From: Chiloscyllium plagiosum
Lineage: Eukaryota
Length of the DNA stretch: 21,851 bases
Assembly (NCBI RefSeq): GCF_004010195.1
Contig: NC_057750.1
Span: 13,208,448 to 13,230,298 of the forward strand
Reading direction: 5' to 3'
Below are positions 1 through 10,397 of the stretch, in pieces. Position numbers and translations under genes: made by a program. The first letter of the stretch is position 1, and each line of letters begins with the position of its first letter. A model generated the notes under the pieces. The model was not told the origin of the DNA. It was given only the letters and a program-made list of their open reading frames with translations, and did no database searches.

Positions 1-1086
1 ACAGCATCGTGAACCGGTTGGCAGACAGGAAGCAGACAGTTGGAATAAACAGATCCTTTCCAGAGTGGCAGGAAGTGTTGAGTGGGTGCCGCAGGGTTCA
101 GTGCTGCGACCTCTGCTGTTCACAATATACATGAATGATTTGGATGAAGCAATCGAAAGCAATATCCCCAATTTAGCAGATGACAGTAAGCTTGGTGGCA
201 GTGTGTGCTGTGAGGAGGATGCTAGGTGGCTGCAGGGTGACTCGGACAGACTGGATGAGTGGGCAAATACTTGGCAAATGCAATATAGTGTGGATAAACG
301 TGAAGTTATCTACTTTGGTCACAAAAAAACAGGAAAACAGATGATTATTTGAATGGCTGCAATTTAGGAAAAGGTGAGATGCAGTGACACCTGGGGGTCA
401 TGGTGGAACTATCACTGAAGGTTGGCATGCAGCTGCAGCAGGTAGTGAGGAAAGCTAAAGGCATGCTGGCCTTCATAGCGAGAGGATTTGAATATTTGAG
501 TAAAGATGTCGTGCTGCAGTTATACAGAGCTTGGTGAGTACTGTGTGCAGCTTTGGTCTCCTAGTCTGAGGAAGGACATTCTTGCTATTGAGGCAGTCCA
601 GCCAAGGTTCACCAGACTGGTTCCCAGGATGGCAGGCTGACCTATGAGAAAAGACTGGATCGAACTGGGCTTGTACTCACCGGAGTTGAGAAGAATGGGA
701 GGGGAATCTCATAGAAACATACAAATCCTGATGGGACTGGACAGGCTAGATGTGGGAAGAACATTCCTGACGTTGGAGAATACCAGAGCTCCGGGTCACA
801 GTCTAAGAATAAGGGTAAACCATTCAGGACTGAGATGAGGAAAACTTTCTCCATTCAGAGAGCTGTGAACCTGTGGAGTTCTCAAACACTGGAAGCTGTT
901 GAGGCAAATTCATTAGGTAGATTCAAGAGTGAGCTGGGCATGGCACTTGTGGCTAAAGGGATCAAAGGATATGGGAGAGAGTGGGAGTGGGATACTGAGA
1001 TTGCTTGATCAGCCATGATCATATTGAATGGTGGTACAGGCTCGAAGGGCTGAATGGCCTACTCTTGCTCCTATTTTCTATGTTTC
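1..1086 (+). mobile_element. CR1/HER1-type LINE 3' portion (RT C-terminal half plus 3' UTR), frameshifted
   Basis: Translation VPQGSVLRPLLFTIYMNDLD...ADDSKLGG...LQGDSDRLDEWANTWQMQY matches CR1 RT domains 4-7. The element ends in the CR1 tail ggctcgaagggctgaatggcctactcttgctcctattttctatgtttc. Confidence 0.93.
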
Positions 1087-1465
1087 TGTGTGTGTGTGTG
1101 TNNNNNNNNNNNNNNNNNNNNNNNNNNNNNNNNNNNNNNNNNNNNNNNNNNNNNNNNNNNNNNNNNNNNNNNNNNNNNNNNNNNNNNNNNNNNNNNNNNN
1201 NNNNNNNNNNNNNNNNNNNNNNNNNNNNNNNNNNNNNNNNNNNNNNNNNNNNNNNNNNNNNNNNNNNNNNNNNNNNNNNNNNNNNNNNNNNNNNNNNNNN
1301 NNNNNNNNNNNNNNNNNNNNNNNNNNNNNNNNNNNNNNNNNNNNNNNNNNNNNNNNNNNNNNTGTGTGTGCGTGCATAAGCGTGTGTGTATCTGTGTGTG
1401 TATCTGTATCTATATATGTGTGTGCGTGCATAAGCGTGTGTGTATCTGTGTGTGTATCTGTAACC

Positions 1466-1507
<42 letters not shown>
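1087..1507. repeat. (TG)n/TA microsatellite spanning assembly gap 1102-1362, with a 54-bp duplicated unit
   Basis: TG runs flank the Ns; cgtgcataagcg occurs at 1371 and 1425. Confidence 0.95.
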
Positions 1508-1511
<4 letters not shown>

Positions 1512-2182
1512 CTGCCCAAGACACACACACAGAGGTGAAAAACGCAGTATATTTAGCAGATTTTCTGCTTACAGCGCTCTGTTGTCGGGGTTGGGTGCCA
1601 GGTTTTGAAAGCTGTGTCCAAGAGTGAGTGCAGCGTGGGCAAAGTGACTTATTAAGCGTTAAACATTGTGTTCCTGTGTTTTTGTGGGAATCCTAATGAT
1701 GACACCTTCCCATCGGGGTGCCATTCGATACAGAGCACCGACCGTAGCAAACAGCTGCAGCTCTGTCACTCCAGGTTGATGGCAGTTGCCAAAATGAGAC
1801 CCAAAGGAGACAGAGACAAGTCAATGATGGCTTTGGAGAAATAACAGTGATTGGGTTTGAATCGCGGCCAGGGGAAGGAAGGAGGAGGGATGGGGGGGGG
1901 CAGGAGAAACAAATCCACTACAGACCCTCAGATTCTCCGAGGGGCCAAGCCATCGCTGCTTGAGCCCCACCCACCCAACCCCCTTGGTTTGGAGCAGGAG
2001 AGATTTGAAAGCCCAGTTTCTGAGTTTGCCGTTCCATCTGTGAAGCCAAAACGTTGCTGTCCTATCGCTGAGAAAAAGAGACGTGCTCTCTAAACACTCT
2101 ATCACTCACGGGTCAGAACACAATCGCAAGAATGCCAAATTTCCACCGGGAGCAACTGTTCCCACAGCAGGAGGGAAGGGTG

Positions 2183-2284
2183 CTGATTGGTCGGCTCCGG
2201 TCACATTTTGCCCCTTTCCTACAGTGGGGAACAACAGGTTGCGACACTTGCGACACAACAGTTGGCGATGCCTCTACCAATCAG
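2183..2284. promoter_or_regulatory. Pair of oppositely oriented CCAAT (NF-Y) boxes, possible promoter
   Basis: ctgattgg at 2183-2190 (GACCAATCAG on the minus strand) and ccaatcag at 2277-2284, in unique sequence with several CpGs. Confidence 0.3.
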
Positions 2285-2777
2285 AATCAACTTCCAATCC
2301 CTGAGCTTCCTCATGCTACCACTTTTGAAATCTGGCAGTCTGGCGAGGTGGTCCTGATGAGGGCATTTGCTAGGAATGCACGTCGAGGTGTTTTATTTGA
2401 GAGGTTGGGGTGGTGGAATGCTACAGTTTGTACACTCTACACTTACCACCGCTGGCTGTAAGGAACTACCCCATGTCTCTCAGTGTCCTGTTAACAGGGT
2501 TAGCTCTGGAGCTGTCCCTGTCTGCTGTTGGCAAACGAAATTTCATCTGCCTCTCATATACAACCCATGAGTACTAGGGATTGTGTTCCAGGTTAGCAAA
2601 GACAGGATTATCAGGTGCTGACATCAATCCACTATGATATTTCCAGTTCGCAACGGCATTTAGGAATACCCTGGATCGTAGAGTCAGGAACATGGGATTA
2701 AACGTTATACCGTCCATAGTTTATACAATTTGGAGTATCCAACAGGGTTATACCTTTATACAGTTTGTATCAATTTA

Positions 2778-2952
2778 CAAAGGAACCTCGATTATCCGAA
2801 GGTCGTGGGAGGGGGGTATTTCATTTGGTTAATGAAACACCAAATAATCGAATGCCACATAACGTAGTTTAGCCACGCATCAGGACTTTGCAATCTTGTT
2901 CGGATCATCTGAAATTTGGTTCATCGAATGCTGGATAATCAAAGTTCCTCTG
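2778..2952. mobile_element. Non-autonomous Tc1/mariner-superfamily (pogo/Tigger-like) MITE, ~175 bp
   Basis: TIRs caaaggaacctcgattatcc (2778-2797) and ggataatcaaagttcctctg (2933-2952) match 17/20. TA lies on the left (2776-2777) and TG on the right. Confidence 0.8.
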
Positions 2953-2965
2953 TGTAGTTTTATAC

Positions 2966-3558
2966 ACAACTGGACTCGCCACATAAACACAGAGGCTGGC
3001 AATCCTGCAGCGAGTAACTCATCTCCTGACTGCCCAAAGCCTGTCCACCATCTACAAGTCAGGAGGGTGAGGGAATACTCCCCACTTGCCCCCAGATGGG
3101 GGCAGCTCCGACAACACTCAAGAAGCTCGACACCATCCAGGACCACCCGTGATTGGCACCGCATCCCCAACCATCCCCTCCCTCCCCCACCGACGCTCAG
3201 TTAGCAGCAGGGTGTACCATCTACAAGATGCACTGCAGCAACTCACCAAAGATCCTCAGGCAGCACCTTCCAAACCCACGACCACTTCCATCTAGAAGGA
3301 CAAGGGCAGCAGATCCATGGCAACACAACCCTCTGCATGTTCCCCTCTGAGCCGCTCACCATCCCGACTTGGAAATATGTCGCTGGGTCAAAATCCTGGA
3401 ATTCCCTCCCTAAGGGTATTGTGGGTCTACCCACAGCTCATGGACTGTAGCGGTTCAGGAAGGCAGCTCACCCCCACCTTCTCAAGGGGCAACTAGGGAT
3501 TGGGCAATAAATGGTGGGCCCAGCCAGCGACACCCACATCCCACAAAATGTAAAACAA
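2966..3558 (+). mobile_element. LINE family B (L2/Crack-like, CR1 superclade) 3' fragment
   Basis: Encodes ...CTIYKMHCSNSPKILRQHLPNPRPLPSRRTRAA and the tail gggcaactagggat..aataaat..cagccagcgacacccacatccc. Highly similar to 16355-17027. Confidence 0.88.
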
Positions 3559-3790
3559 ATGCAGTTTTATATAGTTATACAGTTTTATACGCTTTATATC
3601 ATTTTATATGATTATAAATACTGACACCTATAACTTATGCAGTTTTATATGGTTCAGAATATCGATATACAGTTAAAACTTTAGGGTGTATCTACAGTTT
3701 GATACAGTTAGGAATACAGACACAGGATTAAACATTCGGGGTGTAAAGACCACAACATTTTTATCTGTCTTTTTTAATTGTGGACTGAAG

Positions 3791-3847
3791 TGAGTGAAGA
3801 ACCGCTTTAAATCCAGGGATTACTGCGAATTGGTACATACTTGGAAG
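3791..3847 (+). other. Possible short exon (probably non-coding)
   Basis: T-rich tract at ~3758-3776, AG at 3789-3790, consensus donor AAG|GTGAGT at 3847/3848. Confidence 0.25.
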
Positions 3848-4383
3848 GTGAGTAACCTGGCACTCAGTGCGAATACTGTTTGTACAGCTCCTGGTTCAAG
3901 CAGAGACTAAAGTGTAGTTTGCAGACGTACTGGAGCTGAGGACAGGTGGAGGTTTGGCTTCTCTGATTTGGCTGTGAACAAGATACTGCAAAACCTCCAG
4001 AGCACGCCCTGCTCAGTAATGCTCTCTGTTCTCTGCAGTAAAAGCCACTTTAGCTTAACACTGTATTTTATGATATTATTCACTGTAAAATGCAAGTGAC
4101 AATAAATGAATCATTTAAGTGGAGGAGAACAGGTTAATTTCTCTCCAGCAGTTGCTGTAAGCTGTGACGTTTAACTAATGCGTCAGAAACCCTTCTGGAA
4201 GTGAACCAGCCACTCTGTGCCTTTTGTAAACCAGTGGAAGCTTTCGGGAACAGGGAGACCATGAGGCACCATTCTGGGCAGCGTTGGATCATCTCAGGTG
4301 ATCCTGCCGACAGAAACAACTGAAGCTTCTCTCCCTGACTGCCCCTGTCTATAATAACCAGGGTTTTATTACATTGTGCCTTT

Positions 4384-5066
4384 GTGTACATGTGTGTAAA
4401 TGGATGTGTGTCTCTATGGGTGTGTATATATGTGCAAGTGTGTACACGTGTATGTATATGTGTGTGTACATGTGTATGCATGTATGTACATGTGTATGCA
4501 TGTATACATGTGTGTGTACGTGTGTGTTTGTGTGCATGTGTGTATGTGTGTACACGTAACATGTGGGTGTTCCACGTGTGTATGTGTGTGTGTAAGTGAG
4601 AATGCATGTAAGTGTAAGTGTGAGTATATCTGTGTGGGTGTATGTGTGTGGGTGAGAATGTGTATGTAAGTCAGTGTCTTGTGTGTGTAAAAGTTAGTGT
4701 GTGCGTATGTGTGTAAGTGAGTGTGTGTGTATGTGTAAGTGAGTGTGCATGTGTAAAAGTGAGCATGTCTGGGTATGTGTGTTTGTAAGTGTGTGTGGGT
4801 ATGTGTGTGTGTAAGTTAGTGGTGTGAGTGTGTGTAAGTGAGTGTTGAAAATGTGGTGCTGGAAAAACACAGCAGGCCAGGCAGCATCCAAGAAGCAGGA
4901 GAATCGACGTTTGCTGCAGTCCTCACTTTCTCCTGTGTAAGTGAGTGTGTTTGTAAAAGTGAGTGTGTATGTGTGTATGTTAGTGGGTGTCTGTGTGTTT
5001 AAATGAGTGTGTGTGAGTGTGTGTAAGTGAGTGTGAGTGTTTGTAAGTTAGTATTTGACTGTGTAT
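4384..5066. repeat. Degenerate TG-rich microsatellite (TG/TA/GTAAGTGA variants) running into the gap
   Basis: Directly visible low-complexity sequence. Confidence 0.95.
4846..4933. mobile_element. Penelope-like element terminal remnant (family P1), collapsed inverted form
   Basis: gtggtgctggaaaaacacagcaggccaggcagcatcc...gaatcgacgttt is joined to ctgcagtcctcactttctcc, matching both ends of 18492-18693. It is flanked by a 15-bp direct repeat tgtgtaagtgagtgt (4831-4845, 4934-4948). Confidence 0.75.
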
Positions 5067-5936
5067 NNNNNNNNNNNNNNNNNNNNNNNNNNNNNNNNNN
5101 NNNNNNNNNNNNNNNNNNNNNNNNNNNNNNNNNNNNNNNNNNNNNNNNNNNNNNNNNNNNNNNNNNNNNNNNNNNNNNNNNNNNNNNNNNNNNNNNNNNN
5201 NNNNNNNNNNNNNNNNNNNNNNNNNNNNNNNNNNNNNNNNNNNNNNNNNNNNNNNNNNNNNNNNNNNNNNNNNNNNNNNNNNNNNNNNNNNNNNNNNNNN
5301 NNNNNNNNNNNNNNNNNNNNNNNNNNNNNNNNNNNNNNNNNNNNNNNNNNNNNNNNNNNNNNNNNNNNNNNNNNNNNNNNNNNNNNNNNNNNNNNNNNNN
5401 NNNNNNNNNNNNNNNNNNNNNNNNNNNNNNNNNNNNNNNNNNNNNNNNNNNNNNNNNNNNNNNNNNNNNNNNNNNNNNNNNNNNNNNNNNNNNNNNNNNN
5501 NNNNNNNNNNNNNNNNNNNNNNNNNNNNNNNNNNNNNNNNNNNNNNNNNNNNNNNNNNNNNNNNNNNNNNNNNNNNNNNNNNNNNNNNNNNNNNNNNNNN
5601 NNNNNNNNNNNNNNNNNNNNNNNNNNNNNNNNNNNNNNNNNNNNNNNNNNNNNNNNNNNNNNNNNNNNNNNNNNNNNNNNNNNNNNNNNNNNNNNNNNNN
5701 NNNNNNNNNNNNNNNNNNNNNNNNNNNNNNNNNNNNNNNNNNNNNNNNNNNNNNNNNNNNNNNNNNNNNNNNNNNNNNNNNNNNNNNNNNNNNNNNNNNN
5801 NNNNNNNNNNNNNNNNNNNNNNNNNNNNNNNNNNNNNNNNNNNNNNNNNNNNNNNNNNNNNNNNNNNNNNNNNNNNNNNNNNNNNNNNNNNNNNNNNNNN
5901 NNNNNNNNNNNNNNNNNNNNNNNNNNNNNNNNNNNN

Positions 5937-6760
5937 AAGATGAGAGACTTAACAAACAATCAAGGCATTTTTCAATATATAATTTCAGTTACATCACACT
6001 GTAAACTTTTGCTCTAACCTATTACTTGGTGTTGTGTCATGATTTGGAGATGCCGGTGTTGGACTGGGGTGTACAAATTTTAAAATCACACAACACCAGG
6101 TTATAGTCCAACAGGTTTATTTGGAAGCACTAGCTTTTGGAGCGCTGACCCTTCATCAGATGGTTGTGGAGAATAAGATCGTAAGACACAGAATTTATAG
6201 CAAAAGTTTACAGTGTGATGTAACTGAAATTATATATTGAAAAATGCCTTGATTGTTTGTTAAGTCTCTCATCTTCTAGAGTGGCCACGTTGGTTTTAGT
6301 TCTTTCATGTGTAAATCCCAGAATTTTTTTAAAAGTTACATTCTCATTTAACAATAGGTGCCATGTGGACTCAGATACTGCCTTGAAGGTGTGAGGTGCT
6401 CTGCGTGGGGTTGCCTGTGCCCCAATATTCAGACTGATTGTATTTCTAAAAAAAGGCATTTACAGAATCTTACATGGATTCATGCAGTTGTTGTGCAAAA
6501 TAAAATGTAATTCTGCAAGTACAAATTCACCCCACAAACTTATATGCATGTGTGCATATGGGTGTGTGTATGGAGGGTATGAGTGTCTGTGAGAGAGTCT
6601 GTATATGCGTATGTGTGTGAGTGTGAGTGTAACGGGGTATAAGTCTGTGAGTGGGTGTGTGTGGGAGTGTATGTGTGAACATATGAGAGCTTGTCTATGA
6701 CAGAGGGTCTGCGTGAGTGTATGCGGTCTGTAGGTGTGTGTGTGTGTGCTTGTGTGAGAG
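5937..6760 (-). mobile_element. Penelope-like element remnant (family P2) with a partial inverted copy at 5937-6037
   Basis: Hammerhead-like core on the minus strand at 6128-6162 and a perfect 77-bp inverted repeat (5937-6013 / 6199-6275). Family assignment is inferred from this architecture. Confidence 0.65.
6128..6162 (-). ncRNA. Decayed minimal type I hammerhead ribozyme motif
   Basis: Minus strand reads cat CTGATGA a gggtcagcgctcc AAAA gc TA gtg. CUGAUGA is intact, stem I is cat/gtg, stem III is the palindrome AGCT, and GAAA is changed to AAAA. Confidence 0.6.
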
Positions 6761-6885
6761 TGTGTGTGTAAGAGTGAGTGTGTGTGTGTAAATGTGTGTG
6801 AGTGTGTGTATGTGTGTGAGTGAGTGTGTAAGTGAGTCTGTGAGTGAGTGTGTGAGTGTGTGTATGTGAGTGTGAGTGTGTGGTG
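6545..6885. repeat. TG/GA-rich low-complexity tract
   Basis: Directly visible. Confidence 0.9.
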
Positions 6886-7511
6886 GTTAAGAAGAAAATT
6901 GCAAGTTTCATTAGTACTGAATTACGCCACGACCTCATAACAGTTCACCTCTGGCCAGACTCTATTTATTTGTGATAATTAGTCATTCCTGTAAAGTACA
7001 GAAACTGGGCGTGTGCTTTCGATCAACTTGAAACATTGGGAAGGTCTGCATACATCCTAAAATCTTTACATTTGGTGATGACTCCAGGAGTAACAAGGTT
7101 TGATTTCCAGCGTGCTAGTGTAGTGAGGTGTGACAAGTGGTCTCGGTACAGTCTTATACAGTTAGGAACACGGATACAGGATTTACACTATTAGTGGTAT
7201 ATAGACAAATTGGTTTGCCTGGTGAAGTTTACAAATTGAGTTGAAGAGAGATTTTTTTAATCAACTGGTTTAGAGAATTTGTGACACACATACGGGTGGG
7301 ACCTGAACCTGAGAAACAGGGTTGTGTAGGGAGTGGTGAATATTGTGTTTGTCACTGTGAATCCTTTGTTAGTTGAGGTCTGGTTTATTTGCATTGTTCG
7401 AACAATGCGGGAAACTTTGCAATTTGTAGTCAGCTTCAGCGTTCAAAGAAAGATGCCTCCTCATAAGCTGACAGGTTCGCAAGAATGTGTCATTTTCTGT
7501 CATTTTCAAAA

Positions 7512-7816
7512 ATTACTTCATGAGACATGGGCATTGCTGGCTGGGTTAGTGTTTCTTGCCCCGTCCCTAGTTGCCCCTTGAGAAGGTGGGGGTGAGCTGC
7601 CTTCCTGAACCGCTGCAGTCCATGTGCTGTGGGTTGACCCACAATGCCCTGAGGGAGGGGATTGCTGGATTTTGACCCAGCCACGGTGAGGGAACGCTGA
7701 TATATTTCCAAGTCGGGATGGTGAGTGGCTTGGAGCGGAACTTGCAGGGGGTAGTGTTCCCATGTATCTGCTGCCCTTGTCCTTCTAGATGGAAATTGCC
7801 ATGGGTTTGGAAGATG
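7512..7816 (-). mobile_element. LINE family B 3' fragment
   Basis: Reverse translation HLPNPWQFPSRRTRAADTWEH... followed by the family B tail. Confidence 0.88.
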
Positions 7817-8019
7817 CACCACTGTTAGGCACATACACTTCAATCCCTCCTTCCTTCCTTCTGGAAGAGATTTATTTGTCCCTTATCTCCTGACTTTTGC
7901 TGAGATCTGGCTTCATCAGCACCCGCCAATGTCATGCCCTCTGCAGGTATTGTGGCCATTCTTGCATTGGCTAACAGTCCGGGAGGGACATTGTGGAAAA
8001 CCCTTCCTCTGACTTGGCT

Positions 8020-8143
8020 GGCATATAGGAAGGGTTTGGAGGGATGTGGGCCAAGTGCTGGCAGGTGAAACAAGGTCAGATTGGGATGTCTGTTTGGCAT
8101 GGAAAGGTTGGATCAAAGAGTCTGTTTCGGTGCTGGATGACTC
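8020..8143 (+). mobile_element. CR1/HER1 3' UTR fragment
   Basis: gagggatgtgggccaagtgctggcagg...ggttggatcaaagagtctgtttc is similar to 14505-14620. Confidence 0.8.
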
Positions 8144-8377
8144 AAGATGGAGTAGGAAGGGGATGGATAATGCATAATGAAGTAAGGTTGGACAATGCAG
8201 GGTATTTGGCATTAGGCACCAGGATGGGACTATTGGATGCTCTGTTTCTGCGCTCCTCTGTCATAAATGCCTCAACCTTACTTTCAATAAGTTCACTTGA
8301 CCGTTGAACGAGGACTGACGGTTGCTGCTTTTCGAAAATACGAGAAGGAAGCGTATGGGAGGGATCCGAACTGGGAA

Positions 8378-8433
8378 GGCTCCTCGGACGCTGCCTGACC
8401 GGCTGTGCTTTTCCAGCACCACACTCTCGACTA
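8378..8433 (+). mobile_element. Penelope-like family P1 short fragment
   Basis: gctcctcggacgctgcctgaccggctgtgcttttccagcaccac matches 18603-18646. Confidence 0.75.
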
Positions 8434-8989
8434 ATGTTGAGCTGAGGACTGATATTGGCCAAACTTTTGCCATGTTGGAAATCTAACCAAAAGTCCAAGC
8501 TGTTGACGATATTTGCGAAATGGTGATGGCAACCCGTGCTTCAGAAAGATCATCAAAAGGGGCTTTGGACTGTCTCGAGGCTATCCAAGTTCCATTTGGA
8601 ATACGCATCAGAAAGCCCCTGGGCAGGGTCTATGACCAACCAACGTGGAGGTTTGGCAATTCAGGAAAGTGGGGAAACCCCTGGACAGGCTTTGTCAGGA
8701 ACACAGAGATGGGGAGGTGTGGCAGGACAGAAACTACACAACCCTTCCATCAGTACAACAATGCCAGGCGATAACACCACCTGGCCCACACAGGGGCAGG
8801 GGGTACCTTTCACACAGTGATCTGATTAGCTGTCTCAGAGGACAGAAAGGTTCTCCTCCAAACTTCAGGGCTGACGAAAACCACAGTGAGACACACAAGA
8901 ATTGGGCCATACCTCAGTCGGATAGAGGTGAGAGGTGACCGAGAGAGGGACAGGTGCAGACTTTAAACACAGCACTTGTAATAAAACAT

Positions 8990-9532
8990 TCCTCCCCCTT
9001 ACTGAGTGAGCAATTACTCCCCACTCCCCCTTACTGAGTGAGCAATTACTCCCCACTCCCCCTTTCTGAGTCCCACTCCCCCTTCCTGAGTGAACAATTA
9101 CTCCCCACTCCCCATTCCTGAGTGAACAATTACTCCCCACTCCCTCTTACTGAGGGAACAATTACTCCCCACTCCCTTTTACTGAGGGAACAATTACTCC
9201 CAACTCCCCATTCCTGAGTGAACAATTACTCCCCACTCCCCCTTCCTGAGTGAACAATTACTCCCCACTCCCCCTTACTGAGTGAACAATTACTCCCCAC
9301 TCCCCCTTACCGAGTGAACAATTACTCCTCACTCCCCATTCCTGTGTGAACAATTACTCCTCACTCCCCATTCCTGTGTGAACAATTACTCCCCACTCCC
9401 CATTCCTGCGTGAACAATTACTCCCCACTCCCCCTTACCGAGTGAACAATTACTCCCCACTCCCCCTTACCGAGTGAACAATTACTCCCCACTCCCCATT
9501 CCTGCGTGAACAATTACTCCCCACTCTCATTA
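8990..9532. repeat. Minisatellite, 32-bp unit GAGTGAACAATTACTCCCCACTCCCCCTTACT, ~16-17 copies
   Basis: Unit starts at e.g. 9248 and 9280; one truncated unit near 9065-9088. Confidence 0.97.
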
Positions 9533-9714
9533 CGCTAAACTCCAATGAGTAGACTGCCAGCCTGTCTCACCTTTGCTCATCAGGCGGTCACAGGGACCTT
9601 CCTGGTGAACCTTCCCTGAACAGCCTCCAAAGAAATGGTGTGGTTTCTTAAATAACGGGACCATAGCTACTCCCAGTACTTCCTCGTCAACTCCAACCCC
9701 CTGGAAATACAATG

Positions 9715-10075
9715 TCCCATGATCCTTCCTGATTCCCTGCTGTACCTGTGTTCTGGCTCTCTGGGTTTCATAGAGGTGCCCAAAGTCCCTATGTGCTGTA
9801 GTTTCCTGTCCTTTTAAATCATACTCTAATTATTTGCTCCCCCTTTGAAAATGAACAACTTATCATTTTTCCTCATTATATTCCATTTGCCCACTTACTC
9901 AACCTATCAATCCCTGACTGTCAACTGTTTATATCCCTTTCATAATGCACGTCTCCTCCTGTGTCAGTGCAGTCTGTGGATTTGGCTGCAGTACTCCATG
10001 TCCTGAATATATATTGTAACCAGTTGTGGTCCCAGCACTGAGCTGTGTGGGAAGCACTGGTCTCTGAGGGATGGC
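9715..10075 (-). mobile_element. Old, heavily decayed CR1 RT fragment
   Basis: Reverse translation FPHSSVLGPQLVTIYI corresponds to GVPQGSVLGP.LF.IYI; downstream RT C-terminal remnants are present. Confidence 0.7.
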
Positions 10076-10162
10076 TGGTAGAGTAAGACTGAAAGCTGCA
10101 AGCCCCAATAAAAATGGACCATCATTCTGTTGCTCCAGTATTTCTCTTGATCTTCCCTCAAA

Positions 10163-10397
10163 GGTGGTGGGCAAGTTGTTAGAGGGAATCCTGAGGGACA
10201 GGATGTACGTGTATTTGGAATAGCACGGACTGATTTGGGATAGTCAACATGGTTTTGTCTCACAAACTTGATTGAGTTTTTTGAGGAAGTAACAAAGAGG
10301 ATTGATGAGGGCAGGGCGGTAGATGTGATCTATATGGACTTCAGTAAGGTGTTCGACAAGGTTCCCCATGGGAGACTGATTAGCAAGGTTAGATTTC
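10163..10397 (+). mobile_element. CR1 RT fragment (domains 2-3)
   Basis: NLIEFFEEVTKRIDEGRAVDVIYMDFSKVFDKVPHGRLISKVR. Confidence 0.93.

Noticed and set aside
65..352. Functional or domesticated reverse transcriptase gene
   Set aside because: All RT pieces in the window are short, frameshifted or stop-interrupted LINE debris.
1005..1627. Long ORFs in the track
   Set aside because: Artefacts of the N run and TG microsatellite.
1851..2093. 80-aa ORF ending in a basic NLS-like stretch
   Set aside because: No recognisable homology, non-ATG track start, and no convincing splice signals.
4134..6017. His/Thr- and Val/Cys-rich ORFs and 300-aa ORFs
   Set aside because: Translations of dinucleotide repeats and the assembly gap.
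8440..8980. Overlapping 84-97 aa ORFs in unique sequence
   Set aside because: No recognisable domain or exon boundaries; lengths are within chance expectation.
8990..9532. 32-bp repeats as a CRISPR array or coding repeat
   Set aside because: No spacers, and the unit length is not a multiple of 3.
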